The notes: a model not told the origin generated them from the sequence alone. DNA of 64,000 bases from Eledone cirrhosa (GCA_964016885.1 OZ024742.1:66898001-66962000); one strand, 5' to 3'. Counted from the first letter of the stretch, positions 46,546-61,281 are shown. Program-made: numbers and translations.

Positions 46546-48799
46546 TCACAACAAATTATTGACGACATGTGTTAGCTTTTCTCGCAATAAAATAACATAG
46601 CCAAAGGGAAAATACCTATTTTAAGAAAATAAAATTACCAAGTAAACATTTACATAATCATTAAGCACTTATGAAGTTGGTTGTTCTTTTGAAGTTTTGA
46701 AAATTTCATTCAAGTCAATTCGACTTTTATAATCGTATTTAGTTTATTACAAATATATTTGATTACTTTAATTGAATTTACTAATTGATTGGGTCAAGTC
46801 CTGTTTTATCGCATTCAACACTTCAGCACGTGTCCATCATCCGGGGCTTAATATATCTTCCTACTCTTACACTGCAGATATGTACACACTACGTAAAAGT
46901 GTTTATTTCTATTGTGTTCTATTTTTATATATTTACCATTTTGCTAGTGTATTCTCTCTTTCTCTCCCTCAAACGCACGCGCGCATATACACATACACAC
47001 GCACACACACGAACATATATATGCGCGTGTGTATGTATGTGTGTATGTGTGTAATTTTATATATGTACATACCAACACAAATGAACGTAATAATGATGTT
47101 AAGCCACTATTGTTATTAGTAGAGAAAATTGTTTAAATTTCACCTTTAGATGGGTAAATTGGACAGAGCGTCTGTGAGGGATAGAACTTACCCTCAGCCA
47201 ATGTTTCTCGAGTCAGCTGTTGTCTGCATATCATGATGCAGTTCAAAATACTCTAAATAGACGGAATTAGTTGCCAGTAGTGATTAACGCACTCGCATAG
47301 CATAAAAACAATGTGGGGTACGATCCCACAAATGCGCTCCTGTTCAATTTTTTCCATCTGTTGATTTTTTTTTTTTTTTTTACTATACCGGATTTATTCA
47401 TTTATTGTTTGTAGTGATCATCTAATAAACCTAAGGTAAAATTCGTTGGCCCACACACACATTTCAAATTTTCCCAATGTTTTCTACATCAATCGTGATC
47501 TCTATTTCTCGCCACGGTTCTAAATCCGATCAATAGATTTATGTTTTCTTGAATGTATATAATTTAATAGTGACGAATACATAATTTGGTTAGTTGGGTG
47601 AAGGTCCTGGCCAACACATGTTCATTCAATATTATATTTTTTATTTACACATTAAATGGCAGTTTCCATTATGAATTATTATATTTTTTTCTTTTTTGTT
47701 TCAAAGTACTTAAATCTGATTAAAACTATTCCAAATAAATGTTACTCTAGACCCTCTAAGTTTTGTCCCAAACACCACCTTAAAACTGAGAAAGTTAAAT
47801 ATATTGTTATTAGATTATTTCCAGAATAATTATTTAGTAATATTAGAAATATAGGAATGAAAGAATTAATATGTATATATATATTTAACTAAAAAGCTGC
47901 AACTATCTGGTTGTGTAAGATTCATGCTATTTCATTAGAAATATGAAATAAAGAAAGAGATATATTAGACATGATTTGGTCAAGATGGAGTCACTTATAT
48001 GATTTAAACATATATTTAAATTATGGAATTCCGGAAATAACGAAGATGTAAGAGAAACAGAAAATGGTGCTTATGTAGTTGTAAGGTAGTTTTTTAATTT
48101 ATGTTATATTAATAAATTTTATATCATATGCATTAACTATGCGAAAATATACTTTATATTTGATAATGTTGCATGGTTGTATGAATGTTATGTTGAATCA
48201 TTTAATAAATATTAATCTATTGGTGTTGATTATAGAACTTGCTGGGTTCATGGTGGCAGTATCTATTAAAATCAACAATTATGATCGATAGGCTCACTTC
48301 ACGTGAGAATGATGATCTATAACAAAGAATCACTTTTATTTCTCCACATTTTCCCAAGTGATATTCTACAGTTTCGTAAGTGTGGTTCGTTGACATAAAT
48401 TGAAATACGTTGGACAAAGTGCTTTGTGGTATTACTTCAGAATCCAAATTCCGCATGAATCCAAATTCCGTCAATGTCTGTTCATTTTTCCTAGCTCAAT
48501 AAAATAAAATACCAGTGAAACACGGAGGTCGATATAATCAACATAACCTCTACAGCACTTCCCAGTCTTCAGTTTAAATTCAAAGCTATTTTCCAGAAAT
48601 TTAACGGGGTTTTAGAATTCATTTCTCTAGTAATATTATCAATGTCAAATAAAGCATACAGCATTTGCTTCGCCGGAGAAAATAATGCATCGCTTAGAAT
48701 TAAGAGAACATTTTGTCACTTCAGTGATATTGTTTGATATTCGAATAGTTGTAATTTTCCTACGTCTCTATAGATATGTCTATATATGTATGGTCATTA

Positions 48800-50538
48800 C
48801 ACCGTGTAACAAAAACAAAAAAAATGTTTATTTGTTCCTGCGTTGTAATCATTTTTTTGTGTTGCTTAGCTCCCAAATAAATAAAAAAGCGCTATTAAAC
48901 AGTTAAACGTTTGGGTTTTCAAAAATTCTCAGCTATTCACTAGTATTATTTGTATGCTGGATTTTACGTTGTATGTAAGTTTAATTTGCTTATGTTAAAT
49001 GATTTTTTTATATATGTTTCAAGTTAAATTAAAATTATAAAATAAAGAGTAATACCTAAAGAAAATTATAAAAGTGCAATAAAGTATAAAATTGTTAAAA
49101 AGTGGATTAAAGCGATTTATTGATACTGGATTTTTGCACCCTGAATAAAGGGCAAGTTGTGTTTTAAGCATTCGTCTCCAGGATGAAACAGGGGAACTTG
49201 GTCAAGGAGGAGGTGCAGGTGACAAGTCAGAGAAGTCGACACGAACCTTTCTCAGGCTTTTACACTCTTAGGGATGGTCTCTGCTTCTGCCATGACGTGC
49301 CTGGACTGTTTGACGTTATTGGGTGCCGTTTGTGCCCAAGGAGTGGTGGCTATTTATAGACAGCTCCACCACAAGTGTGAAGGCTGTCCTCCTCCACAAT
49401 GGAAAAAAAGTTCTCGACACTGCCCTAGCTCATTCAGTCTGCATAGAGGAAGATTACTACAGTGTGAAAGTCTACTTGGAAGCTCTGTAATAAAACCAGT
49501 ACAATTGAGAAATCATTGGAGACTTCAAGATGGTGGCTTTCCTGCTTGGACCCCAAGGAGGCTTTATCAAATTCCAATGCTTCCTCTGCCTTTGGGACAG
49601 CAGAGTCACCTCTGACCACTACAAAAGAAAGAACTAGGAGCAGCGAACAGAATTTGTAATTGGGACCACTGGTTAATCCCGGGATTGTGCTCATGCCCAA
49701 CTGGACATTAAGTTGGGGTTGATGAAGCAGTTTGTGAAAGCTCTCAACCAAGAACCAGCCGCTTCTAAGTACCTTCTTGAGTTCTTCCCCAAGTTATCTG
49801 AGTCCAACATCAAAGGTGGAATTTTTGTTGCACCTCAGATAAAGAAGGTGTTTGAGTCTACCGAGTTCTCCAAAACTGGTGCAGGATCTGATAAAGGATT
49901 TTGGCGCCATGGGATGCAGGGTGCAGCTTAAACTCCACATGCTGGACGCTCACCTTGAACAATTCTAGGACAATATGGACGCCTACTCAGAAGAACAAGG
50001 CGAACGATTCCACCAAGATGTGAAAGAGATATAGCAGAGGTATCAGGGCCACTACAATGAAAGAATGATAGGGGACTATATCTGCAGGCTAGTGCGGGAA
50101 TGCCACCTGGACTACAACCGCAAATCCAGGAAATCCAGTCATTGCTGACGTGTATAATTTGCTTTATAAGTGTTATTTGTTTTTGCTTGTTTGCTTTTGA
50201 TAAGTTTGTGTAATAAAATAAATATATACTCTGTTGATCTAATTATATGAACTGATAAATTAAAAAAAAAATGTGTCTTTTCTTGAAAAATGTGAAAATT
50301 TCGAAATATCAAACTCCTGACCACAAACCCAAACCTCTGATCAAATAATTCTTTCTACTATTGGCACAAGGCCAGCAATTACCCAGTATATTACTGGTAC
50401 TTTATTTTATCGACCCCGTAAGGATGAAAGGCAAAGTTAACCTCGGCGGAATTTGAACTCAGAATGGCAAGGGCCGTAACTCTATGCGTCAAAGCATGGC
50501 ATCCGACCCTCTACCGATAAAAATTATGTTACACGGTG
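48800..50538 (+). mobile_element. Chapaev3-like DNA transposon, internally deleted
   Basis: Perfect 12-bp TIRs caccgtgtaaca / tgttacacggtg with 3-bp TSD tta; transposase remnants at ~49170-50140. Confidence 0.85.
50344..50519 (-). mobile_element. SINE nested in the Chapaev-like element
   Basis: Family sequence immediately inside the 3' TIR. Confidence 0.88.
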
Positions 50539-50859
50539 TTATCAGCAAAATACACTTGGATCGCATGGATAGATGAAGTACGAGATATTGCAGCGGTTTT
50601 AATAAATTTAAGAGACAAATATCACATTTCATTTAGTTATCATTAATCATACACATATTACAAAACCTTGCAAACTGAAACGGTATTACATAGCCTCTCC
50701 ATATAAGTCAACTATGTTGACCATGTGAATGTCAATCTGTTTTGTTAGTGGAAGGAAATCTAATTAACACAGCTAGGCCACATCCGTGGGATGATGAACA
50801 TTTCTGGACGTCAGTGAAAGCTACAGATAAAAAAAACTGTGGCGCTTCCTAGAACAAGT

Positions 50860-51480
50860 AAAATCATTCTTAGTACAGTGGCGGGGGAAGCAATTTCCTC
50901 TTTACACACACGTGCCTTTCCAAGTGTAACTTGAAAACGTGATGGGTGATTGGCAGAAGAGAAAAGTGCCTGTCATCAATCCTATCAAACTCAGTCACCA
51001 CACAACCTTCTTCGCTACATACACTAGACAGAAGCAATCTGCCTATCCTTCCAGCCAAAAGGAGGCGGCGGGGTGTTCTTTACTATGGACTCGGTTGATA
51101 GTCGGAACCGTCGCACACTCGTTAACAGGTGTTTGAAATAATTCCACATGGCAATAATGTACAGACACTGGACGATTCCATGCAGAACGGTTTTGTCATC
51201 CTGGGCGCTTCTCGGGCAGGTCCGTCTGACTACACTTTCATACCTGCAGAGTTTATCTCGAAAAGGCAATGTCAAACGAAGGATTTCTGGAAATTATCCA
51301 TAGTCCACAGCTCGAAAGTCCGGAACAGATTGGTCACTTCAAATTCGTCGACCCACATATCCTCTCCAATAGTGCCGTCGCACTTTCCCACCACTAATTA
51401 TATATAGAACGCTAGTGTGGAATTTCCACTGAACGTATTGCCCGCCTGGTAGAGGGCACTGACCGCCTGGCAACATTGAG
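50860..51480 (-). mobile_element. Old Tx1/L1 LINE ORF2 C-terminal fragment
   Basis: ORF 51024-51275 (LPFRDKL..TCPRSAQDDKTVLHGIVQC..RLSTESIV) aligns with 57756-58202. Confidence 0.8.
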
Positions 51481-53064
51481 TTCCATAGAATATATTATGT
51501 AGAAATACGTAAGATGATACATTCATGTCAGGTTATTGATATGTATAATTGAATAAAATTTTTTGTTTTTATTTATTGGAATGAGGCCTTGCAGAGGCAC
51601 GGTTCGGATGGCCGTTAGTCGAGTATACATACACTTACCACTATTTCGCTTCGCACTTTGGTTATGGAGCTTAAGGAAAACCAAAAACAACCAGATGTAA
51701 CGGACACAAATACTAAAACGTATCTTACTATGATGCACAGATGTGTTTATACTATACAGATATAAACGCATGCATGCACACAAACACGTAGACAAACACA
51801 TAAATAATGCGATTTCTAGCAGCATACCTTGCGTCTTGTTTCTATTAGTCAGTTATTTACTAAAGCACATTTGAGTCTATTCAGAGATAACTATAATTTA
51901 CTATTTTGTTATCTCGTACTCTGTTATACAGGTAACTTGCCATAGCAGAATTATTTCCATTATTTGCTCCCGGTCGCTGAGTCCTGAGTTGAAATACCGA
52001 TGCCGTAAACTTTGCGTATTTCCCTTTCGGTATTGATAAATATAGTGCCTGTCAAATACTGGGGACACTTCTTCCTCTTTTCACGTTTTATTTCTTTTTC
52101 ATCAAGAAAATAAGAAATCTATTCCGATCATTTGTGAAGCAGAGTGACCTCCGCCATATTGCTAATACCCAACAAATACTATATATCACACTAGCACCCG
52201 ATGCTATTCGATAAGGAGTTGGGGATGGAAATAGTCTGTTTTAGGACGTGTGTTGCAGACAACCGTAAATGACCACTGACGACTCACTAACCACATATCT
52301 AAAGCATTCCTGTCCAAAACATTTACGATTTACAGTGACAGGACGTCTGTTTTTTCTTCGTACTCCAAGTGGTTAATTTGTATTTAACTACATTGTTAAA
52401 TCAGCATATTAATCTTTCCTATCTTACAGATAACTGTTCAGCTATTTGGTGCTAGCAAAATAGGCTACTATACTAATAACAAGTTTAGACAAGATATATT
52501 TCCCCCAGGTAAAGCTTTCTTGCATTTATTGTAATTATTATCATTTTCTGTTTGGCTCATATCTCTTTCTTAATTGTGTGGGTGTTTTTTAGTTCAGTTA
52601 ACCGACTAGATGGTGCTATAAAAACTGATGTAAAGAAATGTAGCCGATTTTTTTTGGTTCCTCAGGAGTATTAATTTTGAAGAACGCTAGGTAAGTGGGG
52701 GTACAAAAACCAACCTCATTTATTTGATACAGTTTAGATAATTAAATCTCTCACACGTGTAATTCTCTCTATATTAACGATTGTTGAATGTGTAGCCCTA
52801 CTGTAACTCTCATTACATGTGTGTTTACTCAGGAATACATATCTATGTGTGTATACGTGTTTTACCCAGTATATATGTATATGTTTGAGAGCGTGTAGCT
52901 TTGTCGTTTTATGCTCATGGGATGTGTGTGGGAAGTACTCTGAAGTTGATTATACTCTGCTGGTTCCAATTAAGTAGCAACAAGGCTAATTAACCCTGGC
53001 CATCCATCAAGATAATTATCTTGGCCTTGTGTATTAAGAGGAAATGAAACAATTATTATTATCA

Positions 53065-53099
<35 letters not shown>

Positions 53100-54110
53100 G
53101 TTGTTGTTGTTGTTGTTGTTGTTCAATCTTCAAGACGTGGTTCACTTTGCTCCTGTAAGCTTGTTCTATTTTCACTGTTATTCAACATTTTGCATTGAAA
53201 ATTTGATATCGTTTTGAAGCTATATAAGCCAGTATTCTTGTGAGCTGGTTCGTTTAGCTCCACTTGAAGCCCTTAGAGGCCAAATCTGTGTTTGTTTTTG
53301 AAACACGTAAGATGGCGGATAAAAGTATTTCGTCCGCTAAACGGAATGGTGGGCTATCCATAGAGTGGAATAGCCAACATTCTGAAAACAATAACAGCAG
53401 CAGCAACAACAGCAAAAACAACTGTAGCAGCAGCAGTGACCAACATTTATATCGTGAAAACGAAGAGGGCTTTCCATTCTGCTAATGTTCACCACACTGA
53501 ATGCCTCCACCCCCAACACAATGATGGTAGGCGTGGCCAACCCTACGACAACACCACCCCACCACCACCACCGCCACAACTGAAACAACGGAACCTGAAA
53601 ACAAAATGAACACACACGAGAACAACAACAGAAATAAAAAATAATAATGACAATAACAACAATAACAACAATAGCAACAACAGCAACAAGGAGAATAACA
53701 ACAACAACAACACCAGCGGAAAACCAAATATGTATTTTGCGTAAGCGGTGAACAAGAACAAAACGATTGAGGTGAGCCAGGAACGACTGAATAAGGCAAC
53801 TGAATGGTGAAGAAAAATGGCTACAGGGTCAGCTTCATTCCACAATCAAATACCTTGCAAAATCGGGGGCTAAGTACAGTATCTATCATACGATACAATT
53901 AGCACAAAATCAAGCCGAGTCGAGCAGCCAGGTTCAAAAGGCATTGGCTAATGTGAGAGCTCACAAAACCCATATCATACGTGGACGAAGATATGGGAAC
54001 GTGGATGTGTACTTTGGAACACCGCAAAAAGCCAAAGAGCACATCATGGCTCCATTGAAGAGCGCCGATCATACCTTATGCCAACCCTTATGGCTAATAA
54101 AGAGAGCGTT

Positions 54111-54296
54111 GATTGGCAGTATCGGTAGAGGGTCGAACGCCATGCTTTGACACATAGAGTTACGGCCCTTGCCATTCTTATTTCAAATTCCGCCAAGGTT
54201 AACTTTGCCTTTCATCCTTACGGGGTCGATAAAATAAAGTACCAGTAATGCACTGGATTAATTGCTGACCATGTGCCAAAAGTAGAAACAATTATT
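54111..54296 (+). mobile_element. SINE inserted in LINE ORF1
   Basis: Family sequence. Confidence 0.88.
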
Positions 54297-54650
54297 CTAT
54301 ACCTTTTTCCTATTGTATTTTCACCGAATTGTATCAAGAAAAAAGGAAAAAAAGAAACCCAAAAAGAAAAAATCCTCTTCCTTCGCCCTCCAAAATCAAA
54401 ATGCAGGGGGGAACAAAAAAGTAAACAAACAAAAAAGTTAAGACAGCTATGCCACCACGCACACCAGCATCATCAGCCCCATCACCACAAACATCAACAC
54501 CATCACCACCATTAACCCCACAACCCCCATCCCAAACACCACAAAAATTACCAAAAAGCGAAACAAACAAACGCAACAAAAGCGAAACAATCAAACGCAA
54601 ACAAAACAAACAACCAAAACGACACACACTACACTGCATTATATTTGAAC

Positions 54651-55041
54651 TGGATTGGCAGTATCGGTAGAGGGTCAGACACCATGCTTTCCAGCATAGT
54701 TACGTCCCTTTACGATCTGAGTTCAAATGCCGCTGAGGTTGACTTTGCCTTTCATCCTTACGGGGTCGATAAAATAAACTACCAGTAATGCACTGGGTAA
54801 TTGCTGGCCTTGTGCCTAAAGTAGAAACAATTATATTTGAACAACAACCGAGGGCGGTGGATTGGCAATATCAGTAGAGGGTCGGACGCCATGCTTTCCA
54901 GCATAGTTACGTCCCTTTACGATCTGAGTTCAAATCCCGCCGAGGTTGACTTTGCCTTTCATCCTTACGGGGTCGATAAAATAAAGTACCAGTAATGCAC
55001 TGCGTAATTGCTGGCCTTGTGCCTAACGTAGAAACAATTAT
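54651..55041 (+). mobile_element. Two tandem tRNA-derived SINEs (Deu/Nin-like central domain)
   Basis: Copies at 54651-54834 and 54853-55041; A-box tggcartatcrg, B-box gagttcaaat, gcctttcatccttacggggtcgataaaat core; attatatttgaac occurs three times. Confidence 0.9.
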
Positions 55042-55353
55042 ATTTGAACAACAACCAATTATTACACTACATCCAACACAACACAGCATCACAGAAAAAG
55101 ACTGCACAACACCTCAAAGATTCACACACCCTCCACACATACAAATCACTCGCATCACAGAGAAAACGTACACGGCACTAAAACAAAAATTCTCCAAGGA
55201 CATCGGAGAATTCCGACAAACACTCTCTAGGAGAATTTATAAAGACATCCTTCCGGAGGAGGCCACAATCAGTGAGAAGGATGGTTTCTCCATCCTTCCT
55301 CTACGAGAAGTGAGGTAAGTGGTCTTTCCCATCTTTTTCCACTCATTTTCAAC

Positions 55354-58220
55354 ATGACCTCACTCAGAATAGGCAGCATAAATGCGCGTGGCTTGGGGTT
55401 GTCATGGAAGCATGGCCACCTGCTCAAGGACCTCAGGTCACTAAACATATATGTGGTGGCCATCAGCGAGACCAGAATCTCCGAAGCACGAGTTGTCGCA
55501 CCGATCTCTGGCGTCTACGATGTGTACGCATCTCCCTGCCGTCCTGAATCGGAGGGAGGAGTTGCTGTTCTTTTTCGGAGAGGTTTGGATCACGCCATAC
55601 GGGCTATCTTCCTGGACGCAGAAGATAAGTTGGTGGTGCTGGACGTGACCAGCGGAGACGGGCAAGCTTTCAGGCTAGTGGCCGTCTATGCCCCGAGAGG
55701 AGAAGGGCGGCCTGATTTCTTCCGGCGTCTGGAGACCTATCTTGGAATGTCCTGCTCTTTAGTGTTAATGGGCGACTGGAACGGGATCTTAGATGCACGC
55801 TGGGACTGTGTGGGATTATCGGATAGGACAGGAATGTGTAAAATCCTGGCAAACCTGCTCAGACGGTTTCAACTGTCTGACAGGTACCGTCTGGATTTCC
55901 CGAATGTGCCAATGTGGACATGGACAAATTATATCGGGTCATTCAGGTCATATCTTAATATTGTATTTTGTAGGGAAACAGATAGGGAAATTTTAGGCTG
56001 TCCACATTTCAAAATAGTCGACTACACGGACCACAAAATCGTGATCTGTGAGGTTGACATAAATAGGCTTCATAGACAGGGACCCGGTTACTGGAAGCTA
56101 AACGCGTTATTAACAGCACACAAGGCCTATAGAGACCGGATTAGAGAACTAGCTAAGCGGGCGTTAACGGGGTCCATCGGCAACAACAAATAGTGGTTTG
56201 CTCTAAAAAGAGCGATTAGAATAGAGTCCATTAGGTTTAGTAAGGTTTTAGAAATAGAGTTAAATAGAGCAGAGGGAGTATTAGTTAGACAATTAGACGA
56301 GGCGCTTAGTAAAGGCATCGCGACCGACGTACTTGCGGCGAAATTTGCCCTTGATCAATTCTTCAATGCAAAGCACGAAGGCAGCGTTGTCAGAGCTAGA
56401 GTGCATGCTCTCAGACACGAGGGGACGAAAGCCATTCAATGAGCCCGAGTCGCGGAGGCGCGTCGTGGCAACAAAGCCACGACCCGGTCTTTGGTGGACC
56501 ACGACGGGCGCTTGCTACACGATCCCGGGCAAATGTGTGAAGTTTTTCAGCGACACTTCGCCCAGCTGTTCAGTGGCAGCGGCAGACCGGATCCAAGGAT
56601 GGATTTAGTGCCTACCTCGACGGACTGCCGATAACAGCAGCTGAAGTCGGGAGGCAACGACTGATCCATCCAGGACAACCACCACCTCATGTGATACATC
56701 GTGGAGAGGGTAGCTAAGGAGCTGGCACGGGTGTGTCCTTGATCAATTAAATCAGTCGAAACATTTCGATAGTGTCGACCATCGTTACCTAGCGGCAGTC
56801 TTGAGGGCGGCTGGCTTTGGGCCCGTCTTCAGAGGCTGGATCGCTGCCATGCACAGCGACATCTGCTCCGTGGTGAGTGAACGGTCACCTTTCGAAACCG
56901 TTCAACATCATGCGCTCGGTCCGCCAAAGATGTCCCCCTCTCGTCCCTCTTGTACGTATTGTCTCTCGAGCCATTACTGCACGAACTGGAGACGTTGAGG
57001 GGAGTCCCGCGCGAACTAGGATGCAGAAGATCCGTGTCAGCATATGCGGACGATGTCACCGTAGTGGTGTCGAACGCCAAACACATCGAGGCGATTGGCA
57101 CTACACTAAGAGAATACGAAGCTGTGACAGGAGCAACGATCAACCAGGAAAAGTCAGCGGGCCTGCAGCTCGGCACCTGGAGAGGCAGGTCCATGCCGTC
57201 CAACAGCGTCGTCGGGCGCTGGAGGGACATACCGGTTAAATTGCTAGGGGTCTGGTTCGGTCCGGACCTCAAGACGGACAAAAAGTGGGACGATGTGACG
57301 AGCAGAGTGGCTTCTCTCACCCTGAAATGGGCGGAGAGGAAACTATCCCTGAAAGGTCGAGCGGAGGTGGCTAACGCGTACATCGCGTCCGTCCTCTACT
57401 ACTGCCTGACCGTCGTATCTTGACGTAAGCTCCGCCTGACTGCCCTGGAGCGTTTGCTCTTTCGCTTTTTGTGGAAGGGACGCGCTCCGATTGTCAGGCG
57501 GTTCATCTGCTGTCAACACCCGCTACTTGGAGGGCTGGGAATGCCGTGGCTGATCATGCGTAGACACGCGCTCAGGCTACGACATCTCCACATCTTCCTC
57601 GACGGTGATCAGCTTGGTCGCCGTTTGCTAGACACGTCTTTCCCCAGCTCGTCTCCTTGACGGAGCTGCAGTCCTGGGTCAGGCGAAGACCGAGAGGGAG
57701 CGCTTGGAGACTGGAATGTCTTGAGGCGCTCACAGCCCTCGACTAATCGGGCAATGTGATCGGTATAAACTCCACCTTGGCGTTCTATAGAGGATTAGTG
57801 GAGGGGAAGAGCGACGACGTACTTGGGGAAAATCTAGGCGTCGACGAAAATCAACTAGCCAATCTCTCTCGAAGAACTTTCGGGCCGGGGCCTATGGACA
57901 ACTTCCAGAAATACCTGGCCTGGCAGTGCTACCGAGGAGCTTTGCCAGTTCGGGATAAACTCTACAGGCATGGAGGTGCCGTCAACCGGGCATGTCCGAG
58001 ATGCGCGCAGAGCGACGAAACCGTCCTGCACGCACTCGTCCAGTGTCCGAGCTTTGCTGACTTGTTTGTTTATGTCGAACACCTGCTGTCGCGTGTAGGA
58101 CGGATCCGGCTATCAGCCGAGTCCATCGTGAGGATTGCCCCGCCCTCTTCCTTAGAGAGGGAAGTGCTCTCTTCCCAGCATTTTGTTGAAAGATGGGTGT
58201 GAGAGGCAAGAATGGCCTGA
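55354..58220 (+). pseudogene. LINE ORF2 (APE endonuclease, RT, C-terminal zinc finger), disrupted
   Basis: GSINARGL, VAISET, AVYAP, MGDWNGILD, TDHK, GYWKLN; AYADDVT, INQEKS; CPRCAQSDETVLHALVQCP. Stops, frameshifts and an RT deletion. Confidence 0.92.
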
Positions 58221-58476
58221 GTATGTAAATTAAAAGAGGAAAACTGGGAGAGGTGGCTTGCCCTGGTGGTCAGGGTCACTGTGGCTTTTTAGTGGGGTTT
58301 ATCCACGTATGTCCCTCGGAAGTCTCCCCCGTATTAAGGGATTTTTCATTGTTATTTTTTTTGTTACATCCTCTGTTTTTGTTTTTTACATACAGAAATG
58401 CCCATTTGTAGCGTCCTGTATTGTCCTGTACTGTCCTTAATGTCTACTTTATGTAAACCTTTGTGGTTAATAAAGA

Positions 58477-58521
<45 letters not shown>

Positions 58522-58724
58522 CTGTCACTGACCCGTATGCTACACCTATTTACGTTCCGTAAGACTGTTTGTAAATATTCATTTATAAATATTTATTTAT
58601 TTCGTTTTTAAATGTTATTTTAAAGTGGTCATAAGGCTTTAGTTTTTGCTTTAAAGAGGTGAGTTCCATAATATTTCGGCCATAGGTCCAAATATATCTG
58701 CCGCTACTGTAATGCAGCCCAAGT

Positions 58725-58758
<34 letters not shown>

Positions 58759-58775
58759 CTCCCTCTGTCTCTCTC

Positions 58776-58871
<96 letters not shown>

Positions 58872-59367
58872 CGTGTGTGTGCGAGTGTGTGTGTGTGTGT
58901 GTCTGTGTGTCTGTATGTGTGTGTGTCTGTCTGTATGTGTGTGTGTGTTTGGGTGTGTGTGTGTGTTTGTGTGTCTGTCTCTCTGTGTGTGTATAGTAAT
59001 TGTGATATACGCAAGACGTATAAAAGTTATAGATTATTATTGTCCTCTGTAGTGAGTGAGTATACCTTAAACATGATGGATTAATAGATTCTGAAACATA
59101 GGTCTTACTTCCTTACAAGGCTGCTTGGTACGTTATGTGGTCAGAGCTTAAAACAATCATAGCGAGATTTATATGTTTAATAGACACAAATATATCGTGT
59201 ACCATTCTATTATATATATACATATATATATGTATATACATATATATGTATATATATATACATATATATATATACAATGATATTAAATAAATGGAAACTA
59301 TATATATATATATAGCGAAAGCTTTAAATTTCGCTAGAATATCTCCGATATTGAAGAGAATGTCATC

Positions 59368-60651
59368 TTGCACGCTAGAAACACTCTACTTTTTAATGAT
59401 AATGACACTTGGGTAAAAATATCTAACCCAGAGAACCCATTCGATGTCTCAATGAGCTCTTATGACAGTGCTGATGTTTGTGATCTGGTCGGCCTATTCC
59501 TCCTACATACACTTAAAGAAAAATTTCCTAACCATATTTTTGGGCTTTATGGCGACGATGGTCTAATACTTTCCCATACCACCATAGGCCATAACTTAGA
59601 TAGATTAAGGAAAGACTTAATAAAAACCTTCGCTAGTTTTAATCTTAAAATTACTATTGACACTAACCTTTCTAATGTAGATTTCCTAGATATAAACCTA
59701 GATTTGCCTACTGCTTCTTATAAACCATACCATAAACCTAATGAAAACTTAAAATATATAAATAAAGGCTCTTGCCATCCACCTATCGTTTTTAAAAACC
59801 TTATCCCTAATATTAGCCGTAGGATCTCCACCCTCTCTTCCTCAGAAGCTATTTTTAATAAGGCATCCCCCTACTATAATAATGCCCTCCAAAATAGCGC
59901 TTTTAGCGAACCGATTAAATACATACCCAACTATACTAACTCTATTAAACATAAAAACAGGAAAAGAAAAATAATCTGGTTCCGACCCCCCTACTCTCTA
60001 GCAGTTAAAACTAATGTAGGCAAAAAATTCCTAGAGCTCCTAGATAAACATCTCCCTAGAATACATAGATACTATAAGATCTTTAACAGAAACTGTGTCA
60101 AAATTAGCTATTCCTGCGGTCCCCCTATTAAGTCCTATATCATCAACAAAATATCACCTAGAGAAAATCAAACTTGCTCCTGTAGAATCAAAAGTGAATG
60201 CCCATTACAAGGTAAATGCAACACCAAAGCCATTGTATATGCGGCTAAAGTGACAACCATCAGCAACAACCATCCAGCCACCAGTGAACGATATGTGGGT
60301 ATGACGCAAGACAAATTCAAAACGCGTTATTACTCACATGTCGTATCCTTTCGACATCCAGAAAAAAGATTTACAACAGCTCTGGCTAGCAGAATTTGGG
60401 ATTTGAAAGACCAAGGCATCCAATATAAATTAGATTGGTCAATTTTGAACCAATCTAAAGAAAATGCTAGAGGAACAAGAAAATGCACGCTCTGCATAAA
60501 TGAAAAATATTGGATATTGCAAAATCTAAAATCACCAAAGACCTGCCTGAACACAAAGACGGAAATTTTCACCAGATGTCCATACATGAAATCACACCTG
60601 CTTTCCAGCTCATATAAACTTAACACACTTTCAGATACTTATCCTCCATAA
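59368..60651 (+). CDS. PLE RT C-terminal half plus GIY-YIG endonuclease (uninterrupted, 5'-truncated)
   Basis: MSSYDSADVCDLVGL, GLYGDDGL, VDFLDINLDL, RKIIWFRPPYS, CSCRIKSECPLQGKC, IVYAAKV..YVGMT..FKTRY, CTLCINEK. Confidence 0.9.
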   Translation: MHARNTLLFNDNDTWVKISNPENPFDVSMSSYDSADVCDLVGLFLLHTLKEKFPNHIFGLYGDDGLILSHTTIGHNLDRLRKDLIKTFASFNLKITIDTNLSNVDFLDINLDLPTASYKPYHKPNENLKYINKGSCHPPIVFKNLIPNISRRISTLSSSEAIFNKASPYYNNALQNSAFSEPIKYIPNYTNSIKHKNRKRKIIWFRPPYSLAVKTNVGKKFLELLDKHLPRIHRYYKIFNRNCVKISYSCGPPIKSYIINKISPRENQTCSCRIKSECPLQGKCNTKAIVYAAKVTTISNNHPATSERYVGMTQDKFKTRYYSHVVSFRHPEKRFTTALASRIWDLKDQGIQYKLDWSILNQSKENARGTRKCTLCINEKYWILQNLKSPKTCLNTKTEIFTRCPYMKSHLLSSSYKLNTLSDTYPP

Positions 60652-61060
60652 ACTCTTATTATTCTCTTTTTAATTACCCTTTCTGATTTACTTTCATTTT
60701 TATCCTTATCATTAATTTCATTTATTTTTATTTATTTTTTTATTTTTACTTCACATCCACCAATAACCCCCCCCCCCCTTTATTTACCGATTCACTTACC
60801 TAATATTTTCAATTTACATTTTTTTACATCCCTATTTCCTTGACTAACTGATTACACTTGTCATTTGTGTTTTCCACTCCAGATATATTTTTTATTTTTA
60901 TTTTTATTTTTTTATTTTTGCGCAGCCAATCTTACAATTTTATATTTGTACTTACTTATCGACAAGTTTTTTACACCCTGTATCAATGTGGCTGAACGCC
61001 TTAATGTGTGTATACTTTCTATATATGTACATGAGCGACTACGTATGTGCGCGCGCGTGC

Positions 61061-61136
<76 letters not shown>

Positions 61137-61281
61137 GTATGTATGCGTATGTGTATGTGTCTTTATATCCGTGTTTTTACATCTAGGTTTTATGTTTTGT
61201 TCCTTTTTTCTTCTCCCCCATTTTTTTACTTACTGATTTTTATGCGTGTGCATGAAAACACGTCAATATGCGTGAGTGTAA

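Larger units (their letters stand above)
53305..58520 (+). mobile_element. Near full-length Tx1/L1-clade LINE (decayed)
   Basis: 5' aagatggcgg motif (boundary approximate), low-complexity ORF1 region interrupted by SINEs, ORF2 APE-RT-zinc finger, then aataaa and an (ATT)n tail. Confidence 0.85.

Noticed and set aside
47270-47345. tRNA-like A/B-box sequence
   Set aside because: No cloverleaf; probably a decayed SINE head. The SINE 5' ends elsewhere are likewise not tRNA genes.
48217-48474. 85-aa minus-strand ORF as a possible host exon
   Set aside because: No recognisable domain or convincing splice sites, and it overlaps a decayed SINE-like sequence from ~48440.
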